From: an uncultured Hormoscilla sp.
GTDB taxonomy: Bacteria > Cyanobacteriota > Cyanobacteriia > Cyanobacteriales > Desertifilaceae
Length of the DNA stretch: 64,000 nt
Reading direction: 5' to 3'
Assembly (NCBI GenBank): GCA_963921275.4
Contig: OZ001293.3
Location: forward strand, 5,312,001-5,376,000
A program made the translations under genes and the position numbers. The number at the start of each line of letters is the position of its first letter. Position 1 is the first letter of the stretch. The notes under the pieces were generated by a model, which searched no databases, was not told the origin of the DNA, and saw nothing but the letters and a program-made list of their open reading frames with translations. Shown here in pieces: positions 43,671-56,163 of the stretch.

Positions 43671-43921
43671 TTACCTCCAACACAAATATAACATAACACT
43701 GCAGCACCATCTCTATTCGGAATATATCCCATATCGCACCTGACGCTCTCTTATTTCATTATTATAGCGCGAATTGTTCTTACCTGAATTACTTGCACTA
43801 TTTTTTACCTACTTTGATCCAACCAAATACTTGCTCTGCCGTTAGCATCATATCAATAATTATGGGTCGATCTGGGTCTTGCTTATCGGTGCCACGCGCG
43901 CGACCCCAAAGCCACCCATGA

Positions 43922-44070
43922 GGTAGCGCTGCATAGGTTTTCCAGAAATCAGGATTTGTCAAGGACTTCATCTAGATGCTTCACAGGGTTAGCTGCAATA
44001 TCTGCTTCAGCTTTAGCGATTAGGTTATCCAATTGGAGATTCTCAACTGATATAATAACTTGTCAATCAG
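43922..44070 (-). pseudogene. Antitoxin C-terminus and toxin N-terminus fragment
   Basis: LDNLIAKAEADIAAN..HLDEVLDKS* overlapping MKSLTNPDFWKTYAALP. Confidence 0.55.
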
Positions 44071-44315
44071 CTCTCTTTGATTGGAACAAATTCGGTGCGA
44101 ATTCCCGAAATAATTCGTAATTGTCAATTGAGCAAATTAATTACTAATTGCCTCATTTTGATTGGGACTGACGAAGGCACAAACAGCAAAAAAATTTTCA
44201 ACTGTTTGGCCATTGTTTTCCCTCACTTTGACAGGGCTAGCAATGCCCACCCTACAGAAACTACAGAAACAATTATTGGTGGGCGATGCCCACCCTACTA
44301 ATTGAAGCCTATACT

Positions 44316-45554
<1,239 letters not shown>

Positions 45555-46061
45555 CTACCACCTGCCCTGAGTGGAGCCACATCACCCCAAGTCTTGGGGC
45601 CAATATGTGGATGCTTTTCCTTTCTCCGGGCAAGGCGCGATCGCGATCGCGCCATTCAGGCACAATTTTTCCATTGTACATGGCGGGGGACATAGTAGGT
45701 CGCAGATCGCCATCTCGGTGGAGATTTGGGGTAGTTTTGATCTCGTAGGCACCAGCAGCTGAGGTTCAGTCTAGGGGGTCTACCACGGTCAGACTGTTGC
45801 CGCCATCGTCAATTTTATCTTTTCTTCAAAACCAATTCGCCCTATTCTTGGTATAGATGTCGATCGCGTAGCGTGCGCGCAGCGCATTCGACTTGCCCGA
45901 CCGGATCTCCTTGTGCGGGGGATCGAGTTCTGGTAGAATTAACCTAAGCTCCTAGGACTAAATACTTAGTTCGAGCTTGGCCCGAGTCGGACTGTCCCCT
46001 GAGACGGACACAGATGAGATCATCCCCTGTCGGCCTCACGCTGGTGCGGGGCCGATTTTTC

Positions 46062-46103
46062 TGAGGTTTGTAGTGAGGACTTCCGTCCTCACTACAAACC
46101 TCA
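46062..46103. repeat. Long palindrome (REP-like hairpin) upstream of prk
   Basis: TGAGGTTTGTAGTGAGGAC TTCC GTCCTCACTACAAACCTCA. Confidence 0.8.
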
Positions 46104-46162
46104 GTAGAGCCCAATCCGCTCAAACATAAGTAAGCAAATCATCAGATCGAAAGAGGGAATCT

Positions 46163-47173
46163 ATGACAAAGCCCGATCGCGTGGTATTAATAGGTGTAGC
46201 CGGAGACTCCGGATGCGGTAAATCCACGTTCTTGCGTCGCATCACTGACTTGTTCGGAAAAGAATTAGTAACAGTCGTCTGCCTGGATGACTACCATTCT
46301 CTGGACCGGAAACAGCGTAAAGAGACTGGGATTACGGCCCTTGACCCCCGGGCCAACAACTTTGACCTGATGTATGAGCAAGCAAAAGCGCTCAAAAATG
46401 GTCAGACGATCAATAAGCCGATCTACAATCACGAAACGGGCATGATCGACCCGCCAGAGCGAATCACCCCGACCCCGATCGTGGTCCTAGAGGGGCTGCA
46501 CCCCTTGTATGACGAACGAGTTCGCGATCTTTTGGACTTCAGCGTTTACCTGGATATCGGCGACGAGGTAAAAATTGCCTGGAAAATCAAAAGAGATATG
46601 GCAGAACGGGGTCATAGTTATGAAGATGTGCTGTTTGCCATCAATGCCCGTCGCCCAGATTTTATGGCCTACATCGACCCGCAGAAAGCTCACGCCGATG
46701 TGGTCATTCAAATTCTGCCCACGGAGTTGATTAAAGAGGACAAAAAACATAAAATCCTGCGGGTACGCATGATTCAGCGCTACGGAGTAGAAGGTCGCGA
46801 TCCAGTATACCTGTTTGATGAAGGGTCAACGATCCACTGGATTCCCTGCGGTCGCAAGCTCACCTGTTCGTACCCTGGTATTAAAATGTACTACGGACCC
46901 GATAGCTATTACGGTCACGAAGTCTCCATCTTGGAAGTGGACGGTCAGTTCGACAATTTAGAGGAGATGATTTACATCGAAGGTCATCTGAGCAACACCT
47001 CCACTAAATACTACGGCGAATTGACCCATCTGGTGCGGGAGCATCAAGAGTATCCGGGTTCTAACAATGGTAGTGGACTGTTCCAAGTGCTCACGGGTCT
47101 GAAAATGCGGGCCAGCTTTGAATATCAGATGGCGCAGGAAGAAAAGGAAGAAAAGGTGCCTGTTAGCGTGTAA
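46163..47173 (+). CDS. prk: Phosphoribulokinase
   Basis: GDSGCGKSTF, LDDYHSLDR, PCGRKLTCSYPG. Confidence 0.98.
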   Translation: MTKPDRVVLIGVAGDSGCGKSTFLRRITDLFGKELVTVVCLDDYHSLDRKQRKETGITALDPRANNFDLMYEQAKALKNGQTINKPIYNHETGMIDPPERITPTPIVVLEGLHPLYDERVRDLLDFSVYLDIGDEVKIAWKIKRDMAERGHSYEDVLFAINARRPDFMAYIDPQKAHADVVIQILPTELIKEDKKHKILRVRMIQRYGVEGRDPVYLFDEGSTIHWIPCGRKLTCSYPGIKMYYGPDSYYGHEVSILEVDGQFDNLEEMIYIEGHLSNTSTKYYGELTHLVREHQEYPGSNNGSGLFQVLTGLKMRASFEYQMAQEEKEEKVPVSV

Positions 47174-47208
47174 AGCACTATCAGCTTTTGCCTGACAATC
47201 TTCACCAA

Positions 47209-47242
47209 GGGCGAGGGGCGGTACGCCTCTCGCGCTTTTTTT
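47209..47242 (+). terminator. Intrinsic terminator after prk
   Basis: GCGAGGGGCG-GTA-CGCCTCTCGC stem followed by a T7 run. Confidence 0.75.
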
Positions 47243-47354
47243 ATCTTTCTTGATCTCCCGAGGGTTGAGCAGGAGATTGCGCTTTGGCTATTTCATTCTC
47301 AAAATACGCTCTTAGGTATCTAGACCAAACTTACAGCAGCGTAATGAAATAGCC

Positions 47355-47545
47355 CTGGGGTCTCATAGTCCAAAGAACTGTTAGTTAGCAGTTGGTCCCC
47401 TACTATGGTGAAGGCGTTGTTGCCGGAGACTAACTGGTAAGTAAAGGGATCTCCCAGGTTGGGGTCGGCCCAAGCCTGCCAGAAAGTCCCCACGAATACG
47501 ACAATGCTGCTGTTACTGAGCTCTAGGTCGGTAGGAGAGGAGTGC
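47355..47545 (-). pseudogene. Degenerate extra cadherin-like repeat
   Basis: Matches 14431-14645 with deletions. Confidence 0.7.
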
Positions 47546-49078
47546 TCTGAAAATCGCTCACGTAAATCGTTTTAATCCCTTGCAGGGTGGCCAGGGTTTC
47601 CCCTTCAAAGTTAATCAAGGTATTTCGGCCCTGAGAGACGATCTGCAAATCGTCTCTACTCAAATCTCCTGCTAGCCCGATCAAGTCCGTACCCTGTTCA
47701 AAGTCTATGATAGTATCCCAGCCCATGCCCGACTCCAGGACAAAAAGATCGGCGCCCCCTCCTCCGTGGAGGGTATCGTTTCCATCTCCGCCGATGAGAG
47801 TGTCTTTCCCGTTGCCTCCGTAGAGGCGATCGCTTCCCTCTCCGCCGATGAGTCCGCCGATGAGGGTGTCCCCCTCTTTCCCAAAGAGTGATAAAGTTAG
47901 GGGTTGGGGGTTGAGGGTTAGGGGTTGACGAGTATTGCTGAAGTTACGGCTGGGAGGAGACTCGGGAACATCGTTGACGTTAACGGTAAAGGCCTCCGAG
48001 TAACTGGCCCCAGTAGCGTCAGTAGTCTGGACGCGGATGCTGTAACTCGATTTGGTCTCATAGTCCGGTGAACTGTTAATTAGCTGTTGGTCCCCTGCTA
48101 TGGGGAAGGCGGCGTTGTCTTCGGCGCTGGCGCTTGAGACAAACTGGTAGGTAATGCTATCTCCATTGTCGGAGTCGGTAATGGAGAAAGTCCCCGCGGC
48201 GCTATTGACTGCGGAGTTTTCATCAATGCTACTGTCAGAGAAGTTACGGCTGGGAAGAGACTCGGGAACATCGTTGACGTTAATCGTGAAAGCTTCCGAG
48301 TAACTGGCCCCAGTAGCGTCAGTAGTCTGGACGCGGATGCTGTAACTCGATTTGGTCTCATAGTCCGGTGAACTGTTAATTAGCAGTTGGTTCCCGGAAA
48401 TGGTGAAGGCGTCGTTATCATCGTCACCAACCCCTGAGACTAACTGGTAGGTAAAGGTATCTTCACTGTCAAGGTCGGTAGTGGAGAAGATCCCCACGAC
48501 GCTATTGACTGCGGAGTTTTCATCAATGCTGCTGCCAGAGAGTTCGAGGTCGGTAGGAGACTCGGGAACATCGTTGACGTTAACGGTAAAGGCCTCCGAG
48601 TAACTGGCCCCAATGCTAAGGGAGTTTCCATCCCGGGTGTCCGCCACTCCAACTTCCAATTTCCGCCCCGGGCTGCTGCCCCCGTCCGGGTAGTAGAGGC
48701 CGCGATGTCAGCCCTTAAAAGAGTCTGTAGCTTAGCCATCAACTCCTCTCCCGTATCTCCGGCGGCTACGTTACAGCCGTAGAGTAGGAGTTGTTTTACC
48801 TTCCACTTCTGCAGGGTAGAGGCGTAATTTCTTAGGGTATCTAAACTCAGTTGGGAGTTCCCCAGATACAGACAGCCAGGGCTGCCGTGGGAGAGTAGGT
48901 GCAGAACCTCTGTTTCTCGATGCTGTCGGAGAAGTTCGCCGATCTGTTCGATGCCATCGGACTGAGGGTCTAAGAGGAAGGGTTTGGCCCCAGGCCGGAT
49001 GCTGTCTATTAGCTGCCGGTAGTTTTCTAAGGAGGCATCTACTATTACTATGGTGTTGGTAAAGGATTTATGCTTCAT
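47523..49078 (-). pseudogene. Paralog of 12687-16243 lacking the LRR and Ig region (DUF4347 fused out of frame to cadherin repeats and RTX tail)
   Basis: Highly similar DUF4347; junction GAAACTCCCTTAGCATTG|GGGCCAGTTACTC near 48610. Confidence 0.85.
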
Positions 49079-49341
49079 TTTTTGGTTCCTCTCGCATTTT
49101 TGGGCCGAGGTGCTAATACCAGGCCTACTATTAGTATACATCATACTTCTGCTAATAACGAGTGCGGTCCGGAATTTTTTGAGCAATTTTCGACTCTGGT
49201 CGGTGGGTGTGGTTAAAACTCGTTGGTAGGAGGCCTCCCCAGCCCGAACTTTAAAGGGTCCGGCTACATGTATATAGCCCGCCTGCGCCGGCTATATACA
49301 TGTATCATCGATGCACCCCCAGCCCGAACCTTAAAGGGTCC

Positions 49342-50212
49342 GTGCGATTCGTTCTAGCCTAACGTGATCAAACACGGAACGCTAGCCCGGTTTCATTAGC
49401 CGGGAACTCTGACCGCATGGGGGTTAAATTCCCCTCCCCCCAGGTACGGGGGTGACACCGGTCCTCGGTGCTACGAAGCGACATCATCGTGGTGCTAAGC
49501 GAGGACTCAAATGTAGGATAACTGGCAGCCTAAGCCGGTGACGCCGCTAGGAAAGATATCCAAGGTTAGAGCAGGCAAACATGTGCAAGCCTCGTTATAA
49601 GGAACCAGCGAAATAAGGCTATATGCGCTGGCCTAAAAAGGAAATGGTAGCTAGTATTAGTTTTAGACTCTGGCTAATATAGTACTCAAATAGCTCCCGG
49701 GGTATAGTGTGGACCTAAAGGTATCGCGAAATGTTGTTAGGGAACGAAGTAACCTCTCGTGTGCTGTCCATCAGGACAAGTTAGATGTTAAGCGCAAGCC
49801 ACGGGGGGAGGGATGGCCCAAGAAGCGAATGCCCGGGGTAATTCCTGGGATAACATCTACAGTAATGTAGATGATGCTGGGTAGCCAGCGCTGACGTGGG
49901 TCGGTGATACTAGGAAGCTGCTGGAATGAGTAATCCTAAAAAGCCACGGAACTAATCCGAAACGCAAGTGGAGGATAAGGTATGGATAACTGGTAAAACT
50001 GACTTGAAAATGGTGATACTAACGGTTATCAGAACAACCACTCGCTAAACCAGGAAAGGGAAGAAAAGACAGGCGGCAAGGGCTAACGGAAGTAATTCCT
50101 ATTAAGTCTACCTATGAAAAGGGCCTAGTACCCAGTAGCCGGATGCGGTGAAAATCGCAAGTCCGGTTTCTCAAGGGAGGGTCGGGAAGCGATTCCCGGC
50201 TCGACCCCATCC
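49342..50212 (+). ncRNA. ORF-less group II intron (871 nt) inserted in a dispersed repeat
   Basis: GTGCGATTCG start; DV AGCCGGATGCGGTGAAAATCGCAAGTCCGGTT; DVI ending CGACCCCATCC; flanks rebuild AAAGGGTCC|GGCTACAT as in the empty copy at 49253-49269. Confidence 0.93.
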
Positions 50213-50334
50213 GGCTACATGAACAAAGCCCGCCTGCGCCGGCTATATACATGTATCATTGAGCCCTCCCCAGCCCGAACCCCCGGGGGGCTGGAGGGGC
50301 TCTTCTTGCCAACGGGCGTCAGACCACACTTCTG

Positions 50335-50700
50335 ATCTTACTCTGGCCTTGGAGGTGCTTACTCTGGCCTTGGAGGTGCTTACTCTGGCCTTGGAGGTGC
50401 TTACTCTGGCCTTGGAGTTACTCAACTGCCCTGAGGTGATCTTGGATCACGTCAAAGCAAAAGGTTGTGACGCCATGGAATGGCTTTCGTACTTGGTGGA
50501 ATGATTTAGTTATTCCTGGAAATGAACAGTTACTCCTAGAAATGAATGATTTTTCCCGGGAATGACTGAGTCACTCCCGGGAGTTCCGAAGTTATTCCAG
50601 GATAAAATATTTCTATTGTTAAGGGGCGCGAGCGTAGGCTGCGACCTTGGAGGCCAAGGCCATTTAGGGAGAAAGCATGGAGTCGGCTGAGATGTCTAAG
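50335..50700 (-). repeat. Second copy of the 21-bp-period element, including about 4 x CTTACTCTGGCCTTGGAGGTG
   Basis: Homology to 26632-26905; near-perfect tandem units 50337-50418. Confidence 0.8.
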
Positions 50701-51010
50701 GGGGGGCATTACTAATTCCTCTACTCCTATGTCACTCATCGCGGGCCTCCTGTTAAAACAATTATCACCGGGTGCATTCATCCCCAGCCACTTTCTCATT
50801 ATACTGTATCCTTGACAATCTGGTAATCAAGATTACCATCACTTGTGGCGAGATTTATTGCGATCGCGAGACAGTTTTACCGCATCTGGTCTTCTCCGGG
50901 CAGGCGAGACTCATGCCCTGATCGGCGTTCTACGTGCGATCGGCGAGGTTTTCTCAACCCCGGTGAGTAATACAAGCTATAAGGGCGATCGCCCATGCCT
51001 ATAAATCATG

Positions 51011-51619
51011 TTAACTCAAATTCTGCGTACAAGCTTGGAAAAGAAAGCGAAGTAATCCTAAGACAGTTCCCATTTCCCCGACAGCATGGGGGAGAGTTTG
51101 ATAAACATTACCATCAACAGTCAGTTGATAAAACTTCCAGGTATCTCCGTTGGTAACAATACCCAAGACATCAATTTCTTTACCTATCTGTTTATTTTCC
51201 CAATGACAGGCTTGCATTTCCACTAAACATTGGGCTAAACCTTGCTCGAAATCATCCTTTTTTGCCTCGATAATACACAAATATGGGGCTTCTAAATAAG
51301 CTTTTCTTGCCGCCACAAGGTAATCAACATTGCCATTGGTTTCGTCAGTTTCCAGACTTGCACCTTTCCATATCTTTAAGGTATTAAATTCCTGAATAGC
51401 CTCTTCACAGATAGCGTCGATTACAAGTTTTCTCGACTCTTCATAACTCTGCAAGTCAAAGCATTGTAGTCGTTCTAGGCGTTGCCGAAAGAAATCACTG
51501 ATGGGAACCGGTTCGACCTCAAGATTCCAGAGCAATAATTCAGTTATATTAAGTTGCTTGAATGCTTCTTTATAATTAAAGTTGGAAAAGTTTTTTTTCT
51601 TCTTTTTTGCCGGTTTCAT
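51011..51619 (-). CDS. Hypothetical PD-(D/E)XK (restriction-endonuclease-like) protein
   Basis: GNVDYLV, IIEAKKDDFEQGLAQCLVEM, GIVTNGDTWKF. Confidence 0.75.
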   Translation of the reverse strand: MKPAKKKKKNFSNFNYKEAFKQLNITELLLWNLEVEPVPISDFFRQRLERLQCFDLQSYEESRKLVIDAICEEAIQEFNTLKIWKGASLETDETNGNVDYLVAARKAYLEAPYLCIIEAKKDDFEQGLAQCLVEMQACHWENKQIGKEIDVLGIVTNGDTWKFYQLTVDGNVYQTLPHAVGEMGTVLGLLRFLFQACTQNLS

Positions 51620-51672
51620 GATTGATATTGAATTAGTTACAAAGGTTAACGTGGGCGATGCCCACCCTAGGG

Positions 51673-52069
51673 TTATGGGATGAAGATCCTAGTTACACCC
51701 TTATAGTTTTCGATGTAAAGAACGATCTCCATCAGGCGATCGACACAGCGATCTCTATAGCTTGCTTCATACAGCAGGCGATCTGCATTTCCAATTGTCA
51801 ACACGGGCAAAGAGGTAGGAGTATTTTCTTCGCGCAGCACTTGTTCTAATGAATCTTCTTCTTTACTGCTGCGATTTGCTGTCAGCAGAATCATCTAATT
51901 TGATTGGGCAAATCGCCACACTATGCGAGCGTTACTTTCAATTGGCAATTTTATCTGTGCGAAAGTGATAAAACTAATTTGTTCCCCAATTGAGCCAACC
52001 TTGCTTAACAATGATTCCATAGATCATCACAGCATGTCTCTCAATATTATGATCGACGAGAAAGTTCAT
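51673..52069 (-). pseudogene. DUF5615/PIN-like toxin with a frameshift and a stop
   Basis: MNFLVDHNIE... / ...IVWRFAQSN*MILLTANR; ATGA overlap with the DUF433 gene. Confidence 0.75.
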
Positions 52070-53716
52070 AGCTGTCCGTTAATTTTTGCTAAAGTTCGGG
52101 CTTTTTGCGCTTGTAGCTTTTCCCAAGCAGCCTCTTTACCAGGTGGTGGCGGCATCTTGGCAATTTTGGCTATGAGATCGCGATTGCGTTCTTCCCAATA
52201 CTGCCTGATTTCCTCAGCGTACTTCAAGACCATCTCATACTCAGCCTCCACTTCCTCGCGATTATTCTCAATGTATGACAAAGCTACGTTGATTTCGGAT
52301 GGGGTCGAGCCGGGAATCGCTTCCCGACCCTCCCTTGAGGAACCGGACTTGCGATTTTCACCGCATCCGGCTACTGGGTACTAGGCCCTTTTCATAGGTA
52401 GACTTAATAGGAATTACTTCCGTTAGCCCTTGCCGCCTGTCTTTTCTTCCCTTTCCTGGTTTAGCGAGTGGTTGTTCTGATAACCGTTAGTATCACCATT
52501 TTCAAGTCAGTTTTACCAGTTATCCATACCTTATCCTCCACTTGCGTTTCGGATTAGTTCCGTGGCTTTTTAGGATTACTCATTCCAGCAGCTTCCTAGT
52601 ATCACCGACCCACGTCAGCGCTGGCTACCCAGCATCATCTACATTACTGTAGATGTTATCCCAGGAATTACCCCGGGCATTCGCTTCTTGGGCCATCCCT
52701 CCCCCCGTGGCTTGCGCTTAACATCTAACTTGTCCTGATGGACAGCACACGAGAGGTTACTTCGTTCCCTAACAACATTTCGCGATACCTTTAGGTCCAC
52801 ACTATACCCCGGGAGCTATTTGAGTACTATATTAGCCAGAGTCTAAAACTAATACTAGCTACCATTTCCTTTTTAGGCCAGCGCATATAGCCTTATTTCG
52901 CTGGTTCCTTATAACGAGGCTTGCACATGTTTGCCTGCTCTAACCTTGGATATCTTTCCTAGCGGCGTCACCGGCTTAGGCTGCCAGTTATCCTACATTT
53001 GAGTCCTCGCTTAGCACCACGATGATGTCGCTTCGTAGCACCGAGGACCGGTGTCACCCCCGTACCTGGGGGGAGGGGAATTTAACCCCCATGCGGTCAG
53101 AGTTCCCGGCTAATGAAACCGGGCTAGCGTTCCGTGTTTGACCACGTTAGGCTAGAACGAATCGCACAGACTCTGTCAGGTTGAGAAGATTGCGAATAAA
53201 CTTGGGTGAATATTCTGCTTTCACGTAGTCCATCACGTCGTAGAGGGTTATGCGCTTGCCGTTGATCGAGAGTCCTCTTTCCGTGCGGACGATCGCCGCT
53301 GGTTTGGCATCATGCATGTTTATTTTATTGTGAGCCTTCAGCCCTTGCAGCCTTTTCCAAGCCGCCTCTTGACCAGGTGGTGGCGGCATCTTGGCAATTT
53401 TTACTAAGAAATTGCGATCGCGTTTTTCCCAATTCTGCCTAATTTCCTCAGCCTCCTTCCATAGCATCTCATACTCAGCCTCGACGGCCTCACGATTATC
53501 CTCAATGTATGACAAAGCCGCGTTCATTTCCGACTCTGTCAGCCAGAGAAGATCGATAATCATCTGGGGTGAATAATCATCTTTCAAGTAGTCCATCACG
53601 TCGTACAGGGTAATGCCCTTACCTGCGATCGTGAGTCCTATTTCCGTGCGGACGATCGCCGCCTGCTGGGAATCATTCATGTCTGTCATTTCCTGCAATT
53701 TTCTCTCTTTATCCAT
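52066..53716 (-). CDS. Tandem DUF433 antitoxin-like protein, two exons (53716-53168 and 52296-52066) split by a group II intron; 259 aa when spliced
   Basis: Two IVRTExGLxIxGKxITLYDVMDY units; exon join gives LTES|EINVALSYIE matching LTESEMNAALSYIE of the first unit. Confidence 0.88.
52297..53167 (-). ncRNA. ORF-less group II intron (871 nt), sense to the DUF433 gene; near-identical to 49342-50212
   Basis: Reverse complement of the other copy with two differences seen by eye; loop AGACTC complementary to exon end GAGTCT. Confidence 0.94.
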
Positions 53717-53942
53717 CTTATGAATGGCACTGACTTAAGTTAAAGAATACTCTGTTTGTCATTGCGAGGGGGGGCTCAGAGAGGTTAACTTTGTTGTATA
53801 TGAGTTGACCCCTCCCGCGCAGCCGCTTATGTCACTACCATTCATCCATCTTATAACAATTTGGGCTATTTGGCAAGGATGCGATGAAAATTACTCATCA
53901 ATGTTACAGATATTTTTTTTAGCCTTAACCGACAATGTTTTC

Positions 53943-53995
53943 AGTCGGTTTTAACCGACTCTAGCTATTAGCCGGGGGTTTGAACCCCCGGCGGG
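53943..53995. repeat. Double-hairpin dispersed repeat (second copy 59304-59351)
   Basis: AGTCGGTT..AA.CGACT.TAGCTATTAGCCGGGGGTT..AACCCCCG at both sites. Confidence 0.75.
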
Positions 53996-54039
53996 CTATC
54001 GGGAAAGCGGGTAAGTGAGATGTGCGTGAGATATGTTAT

Positions 54040-56010
54040 TTAAGCACCGCCGCGCAATTTATCAAGTACGCTGCGGTCTTCTAAAGTAGAAGTATCCCCA
54101 GCAATTTCTTGACCGCCAGCCAGCGATCGCAGCAACCTGCGCATAATTTTCCCAGAACGAGTTTTGGGCAAAGCGTCAGTAAAGCGAATTTCTCCCGGAC
54201 GGGCGATCACGCCAATTTCCTGGACCACATGCTGCTTCAGTTCGTCTTTGAGTTTTTCACTAGCATTTTGACTACCTTCCAAAGTGACAAAAGCTACAAC
54301 ATTTTCGCCTTTAACTTCGTCGGGCTTACTCACCACAGCTGCTTCTGCTACTGCTGGGTGAGAGACTAAAGCAGACTCAATTTCCATCGTACCCAAACGG
54401 TGTCCTGCCACATTAATGACATCATCAACGCGACCCATTACCCAGAAATAACCATCTTCATCCCGACGGGCACCGTCCCCGGCAAAATATAAATACTGGT
54501 CATCTTTGGGAGCAATATGTTCCCAATAGGTGCGACAGAAGCGATCTGGGTCTCCATAAACCGTGCGCATCATGCTGGGCCAGGGATGGCGAATCACTAA
54601 ATAACCCCCTTGATTATCTGCTACTGGGTTGCCTTCCAAATCCACTATATCTGCAATAATGCCAGGGAAAGGTAGAGTTGCAGAACCGGGTTTGGTCGGC
54701 GTTGCCCCCGGTAGGGGAGTTAGCATAAACCCGCCAGTTTCTGTTTGCCACCAAGTATCCACGATCGGACAGCGTTCTCCACCAATAATGCGGTGATACC
54801 AGATCCAAGCTTCCGGGTTAATGGGTTCCCCTACCGTTCCTAACAAGCGCAGAGAAGATAGATTTCGCGAGTTAGGATGATGTTCGCCCATCTTAATAAA
54901 TGCCCGAATTGCTGTGGGGGCGGTATAGAAAATATTCACGCCGTATTTTTCGACTACATCCCACAAGCAACCGGGGTTAGAAGCGCGGGGGGCACCTTCA
55001 TACATTAGAGAGGTAGCGCCATTGGAAAGGGGACCGTAGACAATATAACTATGCCCTGTAATCCAACCCACATCAGCAGTACACCAATAGACATCCGTAT
55101 CCTGAATGTCAAAAGTCCATTTCAGGGTCATGTGGGTGTAGAGGTTGTAGCCCCCAGTGGTGTGGACGACACCTTTGGGCTTGCCCGTAGTCCCGGATGT
55201 GTAGAGAATGAACAGCATATCTTCGCTGTCCATCGGTTCGGCGGGACAGTCAGCGGAAGCGGTAGCTTGCAAGTCATGCCACCAGTGGTCGCGTCCGGGT
55301 TCCATCTTAATTTCTTGGGCGGTGCGCTTGACTACCAAAACGTTTTCTACTGAGGGGGCACCGTCATTGGCCAAAGCTTTGTCTACTTGCACTTTTAAGG
55401 GCACGATCGCATCTTTGCGCCAACCGCCATCAGCAGTCACCACTAATTTGGCTTCTGCATCTACCAGCCGGTCCTTGAGGGCTTCGGCGCTAAAACCGCC
55501 AAACACTACCGTGTGGGGTGCGCCAATGCGAACACAGGCCAGCATGGCGATCGCCGCTTCGGGAATCATGGGCATGTATATCCCCACCCGATCGCCCTTT
55601 TGCACCCCCAACTGCTTGAAGACATTAGCCATTTGGCAGACTTCCCGATGTAGCTGGGCATAGGTAAGGGTGCGGGAGTCTCCCGGTTCCCCTTCCCAAA
55701 TCAGGGCCGCCTTATTCCTGCGCCAAGTGGTCAAGTGCCTGTCAAGGCAATTGTAAGAAATATTCATCTTGCCGCCCACGAACCACTTCACAAAGGGCGG
55801 TTGCCAATCTAGGACCTGAGTCCATTTCTCGAACCAATGCAACTCTTGTGCAGCCAAGTCCGCCCAAAACCCTTGAGGGTCAGCTTTCCCTTGCTCGTAC
55901 AGTTGCTTGTACTGCTCCAGGCTTTTGATGTGAGCATTTTCCGAGAACCCAGCAGGGGGCTGGAATAGGCGTTTTTCCTTCAGGATCGATTCTATTGTCG
56001 GCCTTTTCAT
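54040..56010 (-). CDS. acs: Acetyl-CoA synthetase
   Basis: [31 protein letters not shown]. Confidence 0.98.
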   Translation of the reverse strand: MKRPTIESILKEKRLFQPPAGFSENAHIKSLEQYKQLYEQGKADPQGFWADLAAQELHWFEKWTQVLDWQPPFVKWFVGGKMNISYNCLDRHLTTWRRNKAALIWEGEPGDSRTLTYAQLHREVCQMANVFKQLGVQKGDRVGIYMPMIPEAAIAMLACVRIGAPHTVVFGGFSAEALKDRLVDAEAKLVVTADGGWRKDAIVPLKVQVDKALANDGAPSVENVLVVKRTAQEIKMEPGRDHWWHDLQATASADCPAEPMDSEDMLFILYTSGTTGKPKGVVHTTGGYNLYTHMTLKWTFDIQDTDVYWCTADVGWITGHSYIVYGPLSNGATSLMYEGAPRASNPGCLWDVVEKYGVNIFYTAPTAIRAFIKMGEHHPNSRNLSSLRLLGTVGEPINPEAWIWYHRIIGGERCPIVDTWWQTETGGFMLTPLPGATPTKPGSATLPFPGIIADIVDLEGNPVADNQGGYLVIRHPWPSMMRTVYGDPDRFCRTYWEHIAPKDDQYLYFAGDGARRDEDGYFWVMGRVDDVINVAGHRLGTMEIESALVSHPAVAEAAVVSKPDEVKGENVVAFVTLEGSQNASEKLKDELKQHVVQEIGVIARPGEIRFTDALPKTRSGKIMRRLLRSLAGGQEIAGDTSTLEDRSVLDKLRGGA

Positions 56011-56163
56011 GCTCTGTATCTCAATAAGGGCATTAAACTATTGTGAACCTAGAGACGCCCAAAAGCATCAATATCAAGAACCCGGTTTTTTGGCAAAACC
56101 GGGTTCTGGCTCACCTAAAGGGGGATGCTGCTGCACTCGGACCGAGCGATCGCACCCCACATC

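Noticed and set aside
41969..44070. Integron cassette array
   Set aside because: No integrase and no attC-like sites; genes lie on both strands
50243..50504. ORFs with SKARVST or LTLALEV heptads
   Set aside because: By-products of the 21-bp tandem repeat; frames are not conserved in the homologous element
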